A model generated the notes under the pieces. It was given only the letters and a program-made list of their open reading frames with translations, did no database searches and was not told the origin of the DNA. From assembly GCA_030770535.1 (NCBI GenBank), contig JASVEC010000106.1, forward strand, positions 1 through 56,706: a DNA stretch of 56,706 bases. Reading direction: 5' to 3'. Both the position numbers and the translations under genes were made by a program. Each line of letters begins with the position of its first letter. Position 1 is the first letter of the stretch. Source of the DNA: Batkoa obscura (taxonomy: Eukaryota). Positions 15,398 through 26,585 of the stretch are shown one piece after another.

Positions 15398-16702
15398 ATA
15401 CTTAATATCTAAGTATTGGTTAAGGTTATATTAATAAAAATAAGCAATAGTATGCTTTTTATTGTCAGTGAGTTATAATAAATGATAAAACACAATATCA
15501 GGTCGTTCGAAATGTCTCAGTATAAATTCATGCCTATTAAAAATAGTTAGTTATTGCTTGCAACACCACTATAGAGTTTGGTTAAATATTCATTTTGTAG
15601 TTAAAATTTACTATTGCAAGTAATAACTGACTATCCTTAATAGACATGAATTTATACTAAGATAATTTGAACAGTCTAATGTAAGCTTTAAAATGTGGAA
15701 TATTTTTTATCAATTGCTCACTTGCTATTTTAAATTTTAAAACTAAACTGTCAATCAGCATGATGGTGTAAATAGTTATAAATTATATCAATAGTTATCA
15801 CACACTTGAGCTTAAACAAGCTGCATTAGTTAATTTTTAAATTTCAAAAAGTAATAAAGGTGGACAACATTTGGTAGAAAACATTCCTATGTATATACAC
15901 TAATACTAGAATTTAAATTCTTAACGGTATTTTTAGAAACTGCTAATAATGAATTTATGTTTTTGACATATTTGAAAATTTACTTAATTTAAACATAGTG
16001 GATACTACTAAATTTATATAGGTAAAATAAAAATCATTTCTAATTATTGTTTTAAAATAAATTATAAGGATAAAAGCAAGTTAAAAATAGCTTTTAAAAT
16101 AGGTAATTCTATTATTTAAATATTAAGTTTGAGTTTCTAGTATGAATGCTTATACAAAACTTTATCCTATTACAAAACAGTGTGAGCAAGTCTATACCCT
16201 CTTAATTTATCATTTATGCTATTTATAGAATTTACATAAATCCGTTTATTTGAATGTTTGTTCAATATAATAATATATTACTATGCCATAAAATATAAAA
16301 ATATAAAAGCATATATAATTATAGAATGATAAATATACTCAGTAAATAATAAATCGTTATTTATAACTAAACATTGTTATTTTTAAATTAATGAATAATA
16401 AAAATAAACAATGTGATTAAGGTTAATTTGATTGACACTTTAGTATTGACTTTTCTAGTTGATTTAATTATTATTATATTTTCATTATTCATCTTATGAT
16501 ACGAAATGATTTAAACTATAATCTCATAATAGCATTTAAAAATAGATTCGAAATAGAAACCTGTTTTCAAATATCTCTGCTATGCCAGCTTAGTATATAC
16601 AACATCAAACTAATAAAAATAAGTGGAATCAAAACAATATATAAAGGATCAAACACCCAATTAGTTAATAAACAATTCAACTATTCGGTTTAATCAAATA
16701 CT

Positions 16703-17433
16703 ATGAAATCTTCCTTTTTAATTGCTTCTTTCGCTTCACTTATTGCTGCACAAAACAAAGGTAGTGCAAGGTATGATACCAACTCAGGTAATTGAAATAA
16801 ATTACATTTTAGACAAATTTTATCTTTATAATTTAGGGTATCGTAAATGTAGTTTTCCTGATGGTACTTATACTGACCAAGTATTTGTGGGTCCGCTTTA
16901 TTACAATGGTGCTCAATCTTGTGGAGCTTGTCTTAGTATTACTAACACTGCCAACAATCAAACTGTCATTGCAAACGTAGTTGATCAGTGTGTTGGATGT
17001 GGCCAATTTGATTTAGTCATGAGCTTGAATACTTTTCAAAAGATTGCCGATCCAGCTGCAGGAGTAGTGAACGTTTCTTGGAATCAAATAAGGTGTCCAA
17101 ATGTTCAAGGTAATATTAAATATTCATGGCAATCTGGTTCCAATCAATGGTGGGCAGCAGTGCAGTAAGTTATATTTTATTACTTATATATATGTATAGT
17201 AATAGTTTAGAATTCAAAATTATGTTTCGGCTGTAAGATCTTTAGAATATAAATCCGCTACTAAAGATTGGACACCAGTAATGCGCAGAGACGACAACTT
17301 TTTTATTTTATCTTCTGCTGGTCCTGGACCCTACAAATTCCGTCTTACATCCTACGACAACAAAGTAGTCGAAGACCCTAATGTAGTACCCTTGGAAAAT
17401 GGCGGTATCCAAACTTCCCCTGTACAGTTTTAA
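16703..17433 (+). CDS. Secreted two-domain expansin-like protein (DPBB + CBM63); exons 16703-16787, 16837-17164, 17211-17433
   Basis: Signal peptide MKSSFLIASFASLIAA, then YNGAQSCGACL, VVDQCVGC, GSNQWWAAVQ and GPYKFRLTS, ending in VQF as microbial expansins do. Confidence 0.88.
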
Positions 17434-18364
17434 TTTGTTTATAAAGTAATGCAAAACAATTGATGTTTTTATTTTCAAAATCAGTTTTAATGTTTTGCTC
17501 TGTTATTTCTTTTCAAGTAGATTAAAGTTGAAGATAATATTCTAAACTATAGTATTTTAATATGACTCTATTAGATATTCATGAGAGTTCATTTGTTTTC
17601 TGTTAATAGGCTACTATAATAAATAAAACATATAGCAACATTATGCTTTCAATTTGTTACCATAAAGTGGAATGTAGTCAATTTTAAATTTAATTGTAAA
17701 ATATATGAACTGAATATTAGAACAGATAAACTATCCAAAGCAACTTGTACAGCTGTAGCAACTTTTCTATATATATTATAAACATTTGTATGCTATAATG
17801 TAATCTAGGAAATCGAGCTTGGCATATCAAAGCTTTTGTGGCCCATGTTGAATAAAATTCCATAAGTCTTACAAATATCCATACCCTTACCCTATTTTAA
17901 TCTATAAAGTAATCTTATAAACAAAGTATTTCAATTAATTAGACTTAGGGGCTAAGCTCAAAACCTCTCAAGAAGGGTGGACGATTGTAGTTTCTAAGTA
18001 CTGATTATTTAGTGCAGTAAGTTACTGTGTATGAAACAAACTTAATAAAAATTGCTTAAAAGGATTGTTTTTTTGTTTATCTTTGTATTCTTGTTACATA
18101 ATATAATAAAAAATTATTAGACAAATACCAAAACAAAAAAGGTGTCCATATAATCATTTTAAATCACTCTTTAAACTTAAATTTAGTGTTTTATTGTCAT
18201 TGTGTATTAATAAAATACTTAGGTGCTGAAGCATTAAAGTTTTTAAAGTTGTCAAAATGGAATTTTAAATATAATTTACATTATGAGCTATAGATTTTTT
18301 TATAAAAGTGACTTGAGGTGAAAAAATTATTTTTGAAAATAACAAGTTTTTAACTGTATAATAT

Positions 18365-18462
18365 GGGGATGTATTTTTGTGTTTAAGAATTTTACTAACA
18401 AATTTTCCACTTAAATAGCGCTTAAAAAATGGAAAAAATAATGAAGTCAAAAAAACACCCCC
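18365..18462 (+). mobile_element. MITE
   Basis: Near-consensus, TSD ATAT. Confidence 0.9.
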
Positions 18463-18957
18463 ATATGATTAAACATAATTTTTTAAAAGTTAATACTTTA
18501 AATCTAGGTTTTATCAATTTACAATTTGTTTAAAAATTCTTTTACTATAGCAATGATATGATAAAATTGCTATATATAAAATTTAAAATAAACTTCATAG
18601 TTTTTAATAATAAGAATAAATTAATAAAAAATAATTAAGTCAAATAATTTTATTTTAATTTACAGCTTTTTTTTAATTGTTTTGATATAATAAAACAAAT
18701 ATAAAAACATTTTCAAAATAATATACTTTTAAGTAAAAAAGATGAAAAAGCTATTAACTATAATAACAAATGTTTTTAATGCCTAAAAATAAAACAAGAT
18801 TAATAAAATTTTAGTTATTACAATTTTACATTTTTATAAAAAAAACTTTAAAAAAAAATATTATAGATTTTAAATAGGTTGTATTTATTTTTACAGCTTA
18901 AATTCAAACACTGAAATTTAACTTTTTAATTATAATTAAATAATAGTATTTTTATAT

Positions 18958-19052
18958 AAAGATGTATTTTTATATTTAAGAATTTTATTAATAATTCTTT
19001 TGCTTAAATAGTGTTTAAAAGATAAAAAAAGCGATAAGCTAAAAAAACCTTT
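18958..19052 (+). mobile_element. MITE, C>T/G>A hypermutated
   Basis: Colinear with consensus but GGGG>AAAG, GTGTTT>ATATTT, ACTAACAA>ATTAATAA. Confidence 0.8.
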
Positions 19053-19126
19053 ACATTAAATTATTAATATTTAATTAAATAATAACTATAACAATCTCGG
19101 TAATAAAACTACTAAAATAATAAAAT

Positions 19127-19224
19127 GGGGATGTTTTTTTGGCTTCATTACTTTTTCCATCTTTTAAGCACTATCTGAACGGAAAAATTGTTAGTAAGAT
19201 TCTTAAATACGAAAATATATCCCC
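19127..19224 (-). mobile_element. MITE
   Basis: GGGG..CCCC, TSD AAAT. Confidence 0.9.
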
Positions 19225-20250
19225 AAATGCTATAATTTATTCTATTAAATTTATTAAATCTTTGAAATTTTAGCTGTGGCCCCTTTTAAAATATAGCTTA
19301 GTGAAATTGCAAAAAATAGGTAATTTCTTGAATAAAAAGTAGCTTAAAATCAAGTTTCAAATTGAAACTGAAATCACAAAACAATTGACTTTCAACTTGA
19401 GCCTTTTAACATGAAATCTATGACGTTAAAAGCTAAGATAAACTCCAAAAAAATTTTAAGCTTTGAAAAAACATGACCTGCCTGAAATCCATTATGCTTA
19501 GAAATATTCTTGCAAAATCAGCTTATAATAACAAAAGTTCACTTATTTATTTTCTCCCTAAAAACAGGCAACTTTAAGCAAATGTACTTTTGAGCTTACA
19601 GCCATTTAAATCCAATTGTGCATGACTAGCTGTTCACCCAGGGATAAATTTCAGGCACAAATTTCGTCAAGTCCGAGGACTAGACTTTAAAAAACATTCG
19701 AATAAATAGTTAAGAAATTTTTTACTCAATACACAGCTGTTAAAGTCAATTGTACAGTGCCTAGCTATTGCTTTTATAATCAATGACATGTATAATTATG
19801 CTGACCTACAGTCTAATCCTCAATTTTTTGTTTTAGAATGAGTGGTTAGTCCTGTACAATTGAAATTTAACCAGTTGTAAAGCTTAAATTTGAAAAATCA
19901 TGAAACCAAGGCATCACATTCCCATGAAAAAATAAGCTTATTTAAAAGAAATTGCTTTCTCATTTTAATTGTTACAGGATAAAACTATTGAATGGGCAAT
20001 TATTCTTAGTAAATAACAAATATAGTATGAATATTCCAACTATTACTTTGGGTATTAAATCAACTATCATTATGAAAAATAAAAAATTGTGAGCAAATAT
20101 CCATTTATTTAGTAAATAATTTGACCAATTTTTATGAGAAGGGGATAGTGCAATATACATCATTGAAGAGTTACTTGATATTTTAAATTAAATTGATTTG
20201 TTTAATTTTTAGATAAATAAATTCTATTATCATCTTTTAAAGTCAAATAA

Positions 20251-20680
20251 TTAGAAAAAGTGATGTTCAACATGTTCGTAATAAGGTTCATTAAAACGAG
20301 AAAAGATAGGTGAAGTATTATTAGTATTATTAGTATTATTAGTATTATTAGTATTATTAGAAGCGGATTGATTTAATAAAGTAACATTTATACTGTTATT
20401 CATTTGATGTTCGTAAGTTGTACTATTTTTCTTGCTTCTCATTTTTTCTAACTGTTCAAACTGGTCATAATTAAAGTCCTAATAAAATGTAAATAAAAAG
20501 CTGAATAATGGCAATATTAAGACTAACTTGAACAGTCATATCTTCATCACTAGTCATATCTTCATTAGAAACCTTACGCTTTAAGTGTGGATTCTTGCAG
20601 ATTTCTACTTAAAAATTAGAAAATAAAAAATAGTCAAAAACAAATTTACCAAAGCGAGCGTATTTATGATAGGAAGGCAT
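20251..20680 (-). CDS. Small (~110 aa) three-exon orphan protein with an Asn-Asn-Thr repeat
   Basis: MPSYHKYARF / EICKNPHLKRKVSNEDMTSDEDMTVQ / DFNYDQFEQLEKMRSKK...FF join in frame via GTAAAT..AAG and GTTAGT..TAG introns. TATA-like TATATAAA at ~20787-20794 on the minus strand. Confidence 0.6.
20313..20360. repeat. 9-bp coding tandem repeat (AGTATTATT)~5
   Basis: Directly visible. Encodes NNT repeats in the small gene. Confidence 0.9.
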
Positions 20681-21826
20681 GATGTAAAAAGGATCAAATT
20701 GCTAAGAAATTTTAAAGAGTATCTACTTTTAAAAAAAATAAAATGTTATTAAAAATAAAATAAAATAAATCAATCATGACACTGCCTTTATATACTTTTC
20801 AACCCATCCTATTTTTTTGATAGGCAGAGAATAGTTTTAATTTTATTGAATTCTTGAATTATTATAAAGTCATATAAATTGGTGCACTGTTAAATCATTG
20901 GCTGGAGAGATTCTAACCTACCATTGGCTATTCCTCCCAACTTGTCTTCCCTTAAATTTAATATGAGCAAAACAATGGTGGTGTTATTACTCTTCAACGC
21001 AATTTATGGAGTTCTTTTAACAAATTATTTTTCACTCAGTAAACTTTAATTGGACACAAAAGATCAAATCATTTTCATCTCAATTGTATAAATGAGGCTT
21101 AAACCAAATGAGTTTAAAGTATTGGTTATGGCTTTAACTTGTTTATATTTAACCTGCTTACTAAATAAATTATATACCAAAATTCAATTTGGGCAAGCTA
21201 TTATACAAATGCCCATTTAAATAAAATTCGCCCAAATCAGAGTAAAATAAAAGAATGAAGATTGCAGGCAGATAATCTTTAAAACTGACTTTTAAATTTA
21301 CAGATATTACAAATTGAACGTAGCAGCATAGTTGCAATTTCATTAGCATTATAGATATGCCTATTCACGACACCTACAGATTCAAAAAGAACCATGAGCT
21401 CTTTTAATTAATTAATCACAGCTTTTTATTTTTCTTTGATTTTGGGCTAATGTAAAATAAACCACCAATGATTTTATATTATCACTATTTTAGAAAAGAT
21501 GATTTTATTTTATTTGTTTAGTTTAGACAAACCATTATAGCTTATTTACATGATTGGCCTCATATGATTGATAAGTTTTTTAATTAGCTTAGCTAAGAGT
21601 TTGTTATTCAATATTAAATTGGTTGGGTAAATTTAATTGAAAAAGCGAGTTAGGATAGCTATTAACTTAATTTGATTCAGGATTGCTTTATAAAATCAAC
21701 TATAATTTATGCACTATCAATTTACTTTGCCCACTTGGAAGCTTAAAGTATAAATTGGAATGGGTAAAAATTTCAGTTAAAACCAAACTATAATAAACTA
21801 TAATTTATATTAATCTTGTTTTCTAT

Positions 21827-21920
21827 GAAAGTGTTTTCTTTGGTTTCATCACTTTTTTCATGTTTTAAGCACTATTTGAGCGAAAAGTTTGTTAGTAAAA
21901 TTCTTAAAGAAAAGAAATAT
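21827..21920 (-). mobile_element. MITE, one end eroded
   Basis: Family match. Confidence 0.75.
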
Positions 21921-22510
21921 AATTTAGCTTTAATTTTATAACATTTAGTTTTTCAGTTAAATAATACAAATCTTAATTAATTTATAATCTAAAATATCCA
22001 AAAATCATTATTAAATAATGTTAAAGCTTTTAAAAAAACTATTTTTATTAGGAACCAAAAACACCTAACAGTTGTTATTACTGTAATTTATATTGATATT
22101 AATCAAAGTTGTAAATGCAAATAAATACATGTTCCTATAAAACTTCACTAAGGAATATTTACCATTGACTGCTTTATAGTCAACATTGAAGATTTGCTAT
22201 CAAATAAATTATTTTAATGCTATAATTACATTATTAGTATATTAATAAGTTAATAAATACCTGAACGGGAGGAAGTAATTAGTCCTAGAGCTATGATTAA
22301 CTATCCCGATGTAATGCAACCAATATAATAACAGTTTTTACTTAATATTATAGCTAACTGCTTAGTAAATATCGATAATTTTAAATTCTCTGTTGTTTTT
22401 GTAAGGTGAGCTGGGATTGATCTTTTAATTTTTCTGTTTTCTATAGACTCTATAACTTTAATTGGAGCTATATCGCTTTTTTTTAATGTATCGGATACTG
22501 GATAACAATG

Positions 22511-22608
22511 GGGATGTATTTTTTTGTTCAAGAATTTTACTAACGATCTTTCCACTGAAATAGCGCTTAAAAAATAGAAAAAGTAATGAAATCAAAAAAA
22601 ACATTCCC
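22511..22608 (+). mobile_element. MITE nested in transposase copy A
   Basis: AATG duplicated. Empty site GGATAACAATGTAG present in copies C, D and E. Confidence 0.92.
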
Positions 22609-23450
22609 AATGTAGTTTATTATTGTGTTTAATAAAGTGTAAGTACTTCTTTAATGCCCTGCATCTCTACTATTCTTTTTGTATTTTTGTTTCTTTCATA
22701 CTTTTTAAAAATTATATCTGTTTTCCCATCATCAACGGTCGAGTTATTAATTTTATTATGCTCGCAAATAAAAGCCTCAAATCTTGAAACTAATCAATTG
22801 ATATCTTCTATTTTACCTAATGCTTCAAAACTACTTTTCCATTTTGAAAGGTTCCCAAAATGTCCATCAACTATACTTTTTCTATGATGCTCAGCAAAAA
22901 AATTAAGACCAATATTTAAACTACTGTTTATTTTATGGATTTCTTTAAATATATAGTGTAGAAACTCTTGGGATCTAAAATGATTTCCTGTATCTGCCCA
23001 TATATTAATTTTTGTAAACTTTTTAAATAAAAGCTCTGTAGAGGTTAAATCAATTCAACAGTCTCCTGCATATGCTGAATCATGATTCAATATTTCAGAT
23101 AAATAATCAAAGTAAACTTTGCCTATTGTTTTATCATTTAAATATAAAACACCAAAACCTAATACTGATATAGCTTGTTTATTATAATGATCTAGATTTA
23201 TTGAATCTGGTCTTGTTCCTATTTCCATATTTTGTTTAAAATCTAAAACCATTATACAACTTTTATTATTTAATTTTTTAACAGTTTCATTGTACTTTAA
23301 GTATTAATATAAAATTTATATTACAATCAAAAGGTTTTTGTACCCCTATTTTATTCTTTATTATTATGTTTATTTTATTTTCAAATTATATACTAGGTAC
23401 ATGTATTATATAGGGTGTTTTTACTATATTTTTGAAAGTATCTAGTATAT

Positions 23451-23548
23451 AGGGATGTATTTTTGTGTTTAAGAATTTACCAACAAATTTTCCACTCAAA
23501 TAGGGCTTAAAAAATCGAAAAAATAATGAAGTCAAAAAGAACACTCCC
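23451..23548 (+). mobile_element. MITE
   Basis: Family match, TSD ATAT. Confidence 0.88.
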
Positions 23549-23644
23549 ATATATTTAAAAAATATTGATAATAGCTACTGCATTATTTTTTAAATCATCA
23601 AATATTTATTTATATATCATTTTCTGCTTTTATTTAATATGTGT

Positions 23645-23738
23645 GGTGATGTTTCTTAGCTCCATCACTTTTTCTATTTTTTAAGCGCTATTTGGGTGAA
23701 AAAATTATTACCAAAATTCTTGAAAAAATATATCCCCC
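23645..23738 (-). mobile_element. MITE
   Basis: Family match, diverged. Confidence 0.8.
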
Positions 23739-24314
23739 ATATATTACTTGATGAATATCTTTACTATTATTCTTTTTGTGTTTTTAGCAATAAGTTGTAA
23801 TATTAGTACTTTATTTTTAGTTATTTTTAAGTAATTATATTGGTTTCTGTTTATATTAAAGTCAAGACTTTTGTATTTATCAAAAAAAATATTAAAGCTA
23901 TAGTTGATAATACTGTTACTTGCTGGTTTTTATTTTCCGCTTCCTTTAAAGCATTAATTTCATATACTACTTGATTAAGTTTATTGTTATTAATAGAAAA
24001 AGTAATGAAACCAAAAAACATTCTCATATAATAGTTGTTGAGATTGATATAAATGAATCATAGTGCTTATATAATATGCTTCTCCTTATATGTTATATAT
24101 TTATTAAACATTTAATAAAGTTATTTTAAATATTTATGAAAACATAAAATATATAAAAATTTAAAAAACTAATAAAAAATGGGGTGCCTTTTTTATAAAT
24201 AAATAGAAAAACTAAAAAACTACCTAAATAGATAATTTACTTTTAATTAAACAGTTTTAAAAACTAATTATTTACTTTATTTTCTAGATTTAACTTTTTT
24301 AGATTAATATTTAT

Positions 24315-24386
24315 GGTGATTTATTTTTATGCTTAAGAATTTTACTAATTATTTTTTCACTCAAATAACGCTTAAAAAATATCACC
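24315..24386 (+). mobile_element. MITE, internally deleted
   Basis: GGTGAT..ATCACC termini. Confidence 0.7.
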
Positions 24387-24745
24387 GTATAGTCAAAAAA
24401 TAAAACAATTAAAATAGGTTTTGAATTAAATTCCTTTATCTAACTTTGTTTTTTAAAATTTAACTAATCCTGTATTAAGGACTTACAAATTTAAAAACCT
24501 AAAAGATGGGTTAATTTTTAGCTGAATTCTGAAACCAATTTGGACATCCTCAGATAGAAATCATAATAAAAAATTTAAAAAAGAAAATATTTCAAGTGAT
24601 AATCTTATTATATAAGATTAACTATTAGCTAGTAAATTTTTATCAAAATTTATTATTCATACGATTTAATCAATTATAATTTAATGTGAAATAAAAGTAA
24701 CATGGCCCAGAGCTTTTAAAATAAAAAAATAATCTAAGCTAATGT

Positions 24746-24923
24746 TGTGGAATCTAGTACTCAGTGATTGGGAATCAAAAACAGCTATTACCTGGTTGAT
24801 TATACTGTAAGTCGAAAGGTCTTAGTTTATGTGACTAAGATCTTTCGGCTTACGGCTAGTTTAGTTAATCAAACAAGACCTGCTTTTGCTTTTGACTCCA
24901 ACCACTGAGTACCAGACTTCACA
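24746..24923. repeat. Quasi-palindrome of two inverted LTR-like ends
   Basis: Starts TGTGGAATCTAGTACTCAGTG and ends CACTGAGTACCAGACTTCACA. Centre is TCTTAGT-TTATGTG-ACTAAGA. Confidence 0.75.
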
Positions 24924-25605
24924 AAGACTAAAAACATAAAATAGCTAAGATGAATTGATGATGGAGCAACTCATAAACTTGTGTTTAATTTAATTAAAAA
25001 AGAGCAAAATAAATAAAAATGATAAAAAGGCCAAAATAAAAGGAGTTCCGAGATTTAGAAAAGCAAGACTGATTTTTAAAGAAAGCTATCTGTGAAAAGA
25101 AAGTAACATTAATGCCTATTACCATAACTATTATTTCTTGATTTAAATGCTATAAAGTACGTTTGTTACTGTAATAGTTTTTATAAAAAAAAGCTACTAG
25201 GTTTATAAAATCTTTATTTTTAAACAAACAGTCATTTAATAATAGGAGCTGTCAAACTAAATAACTCTATTTTAGGAGATTGTTAGATTTGAGCTTAGGT
25301 AGAAGTGGTATTTTTTACAAGTAACAAAATTTTTAATTTTTTTACAGATACAAAAACTGGTTTTACATGAAAAAAAAGCTATAGTCCTCATAAGTTAAGT
25401 AAGGCTTAAATGAGATCAACCTTCCAGTTTTTAAACTATGAATTCTAGTTTGTTGCTTATATATCTGACAAATCTATTCCCAGTTTATGTATCTTTATCT
25501 TTTATGATATTATTAAACCATTTAAAGGGGAGCTTTGGTTTTACAAATTTTATTAATAATTTTATCAATTCAAGCTAGATTCCACTATTCGAAACCATTA
25601 CTAAT

Positions 25606-25704
25606 GGGGATGTTTTTTTTGATTTCATTACTTTTTCCATCTTTTAAATGCTATTTAAGTGGAAAAATTGTTAACAAAATTCTTAAACACAAAAATACAT
25701 CCCC
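25606..25704 (-). mobile_element. MITE
   Basis: GGGGATGT..ACATCCCC. Confidence 0.9.
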
Positions 25705-25910
25705 AATATTAATTTTTTTAGATTTGTTATTGAAAATCAAACTAACTTTTGCAAGCTGTATAGTTTGGAAAAACATGAGACAAATTTAAAAAATAGAACA
25801 CCCAAAAAAAAAACATGTTTAAAAAGATCAAAAAAAGTCTGTTATAATAGTTAGTTTTTTTTGAAAAAAATTAATAAAAAGGAAATAAAGTTAGGGTTAA
25901 TAATAAAAAC

Positions 25911-26008
25911 AGGGATGTTTTTTTTAATTTCATTATTTTTCCATTTTTTAAGCGCTATTTGAGTGGAAAGATTGTTAGTAAAATTCTTAAACACAAAAAA
26001 ACACCCCT
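25911..26008 (-). mobile_element. MITE
   Basis: AGGG..CCCT termini, family match. Confidence 0.88.
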
Positions 26009-26585
26009 ACATGTTATTTTAATTAAGCAATTATAATAATATCTATATCTGTTTTATTTAAGCTTTATTTATAAAAACTAAATTTGAGTTTGTTACAATG
26101 CCAACAAAATGGTAAAACCAGGAAATTAATATGGTCAGAAGGAAGTTAGCATTTAAACTTTTAAGTTGACAAATAACATATATATTAATAACTATATTTT
26201 TTATTAACTTATAATTTTAATCTTGCATTTAGCCTTTTTTAGAAGCTATTGAAGTGTGTTAGTTTTAAATTTGAAATTATCTATTTTAAAATAATAAGCT
26301 TGGACCTATTTTATTACATTATTAGAGCTTTTTTTATAAACTGTTTTTTCTATATTTTCAATCTATCTTAAGTTAAAATAGTTTAATTAAAAGCTAAAAA
26401 ACCATTTGGGAGTGTTTTTTTTGGTTTCATCATTTTTTCCATTTTTTAAGCGCTTATTTAAGCAACACAATGTTTTTAAAAATGAACCAAAAAAATTAAA
26501 TATAATTTTTGTTAAAAGCATAGCATATGGGGATATATTTTTGTGTCTAAGAATTTTACTAACAAATTTTCTGCTCAAACCAAAT

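Larger units (their letters stand above)
22100..24551 (-). mobile_element. Old mosaic Sola2-like transposon, copy A (left TIR not found, several MITE insertions)
   Basis: Transposase homology at 22300-23300 and 23890-23990. Degenerate right TIR GAAACCAATTTGGACATCCTC ends at 24551. Confidence 0.75.
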
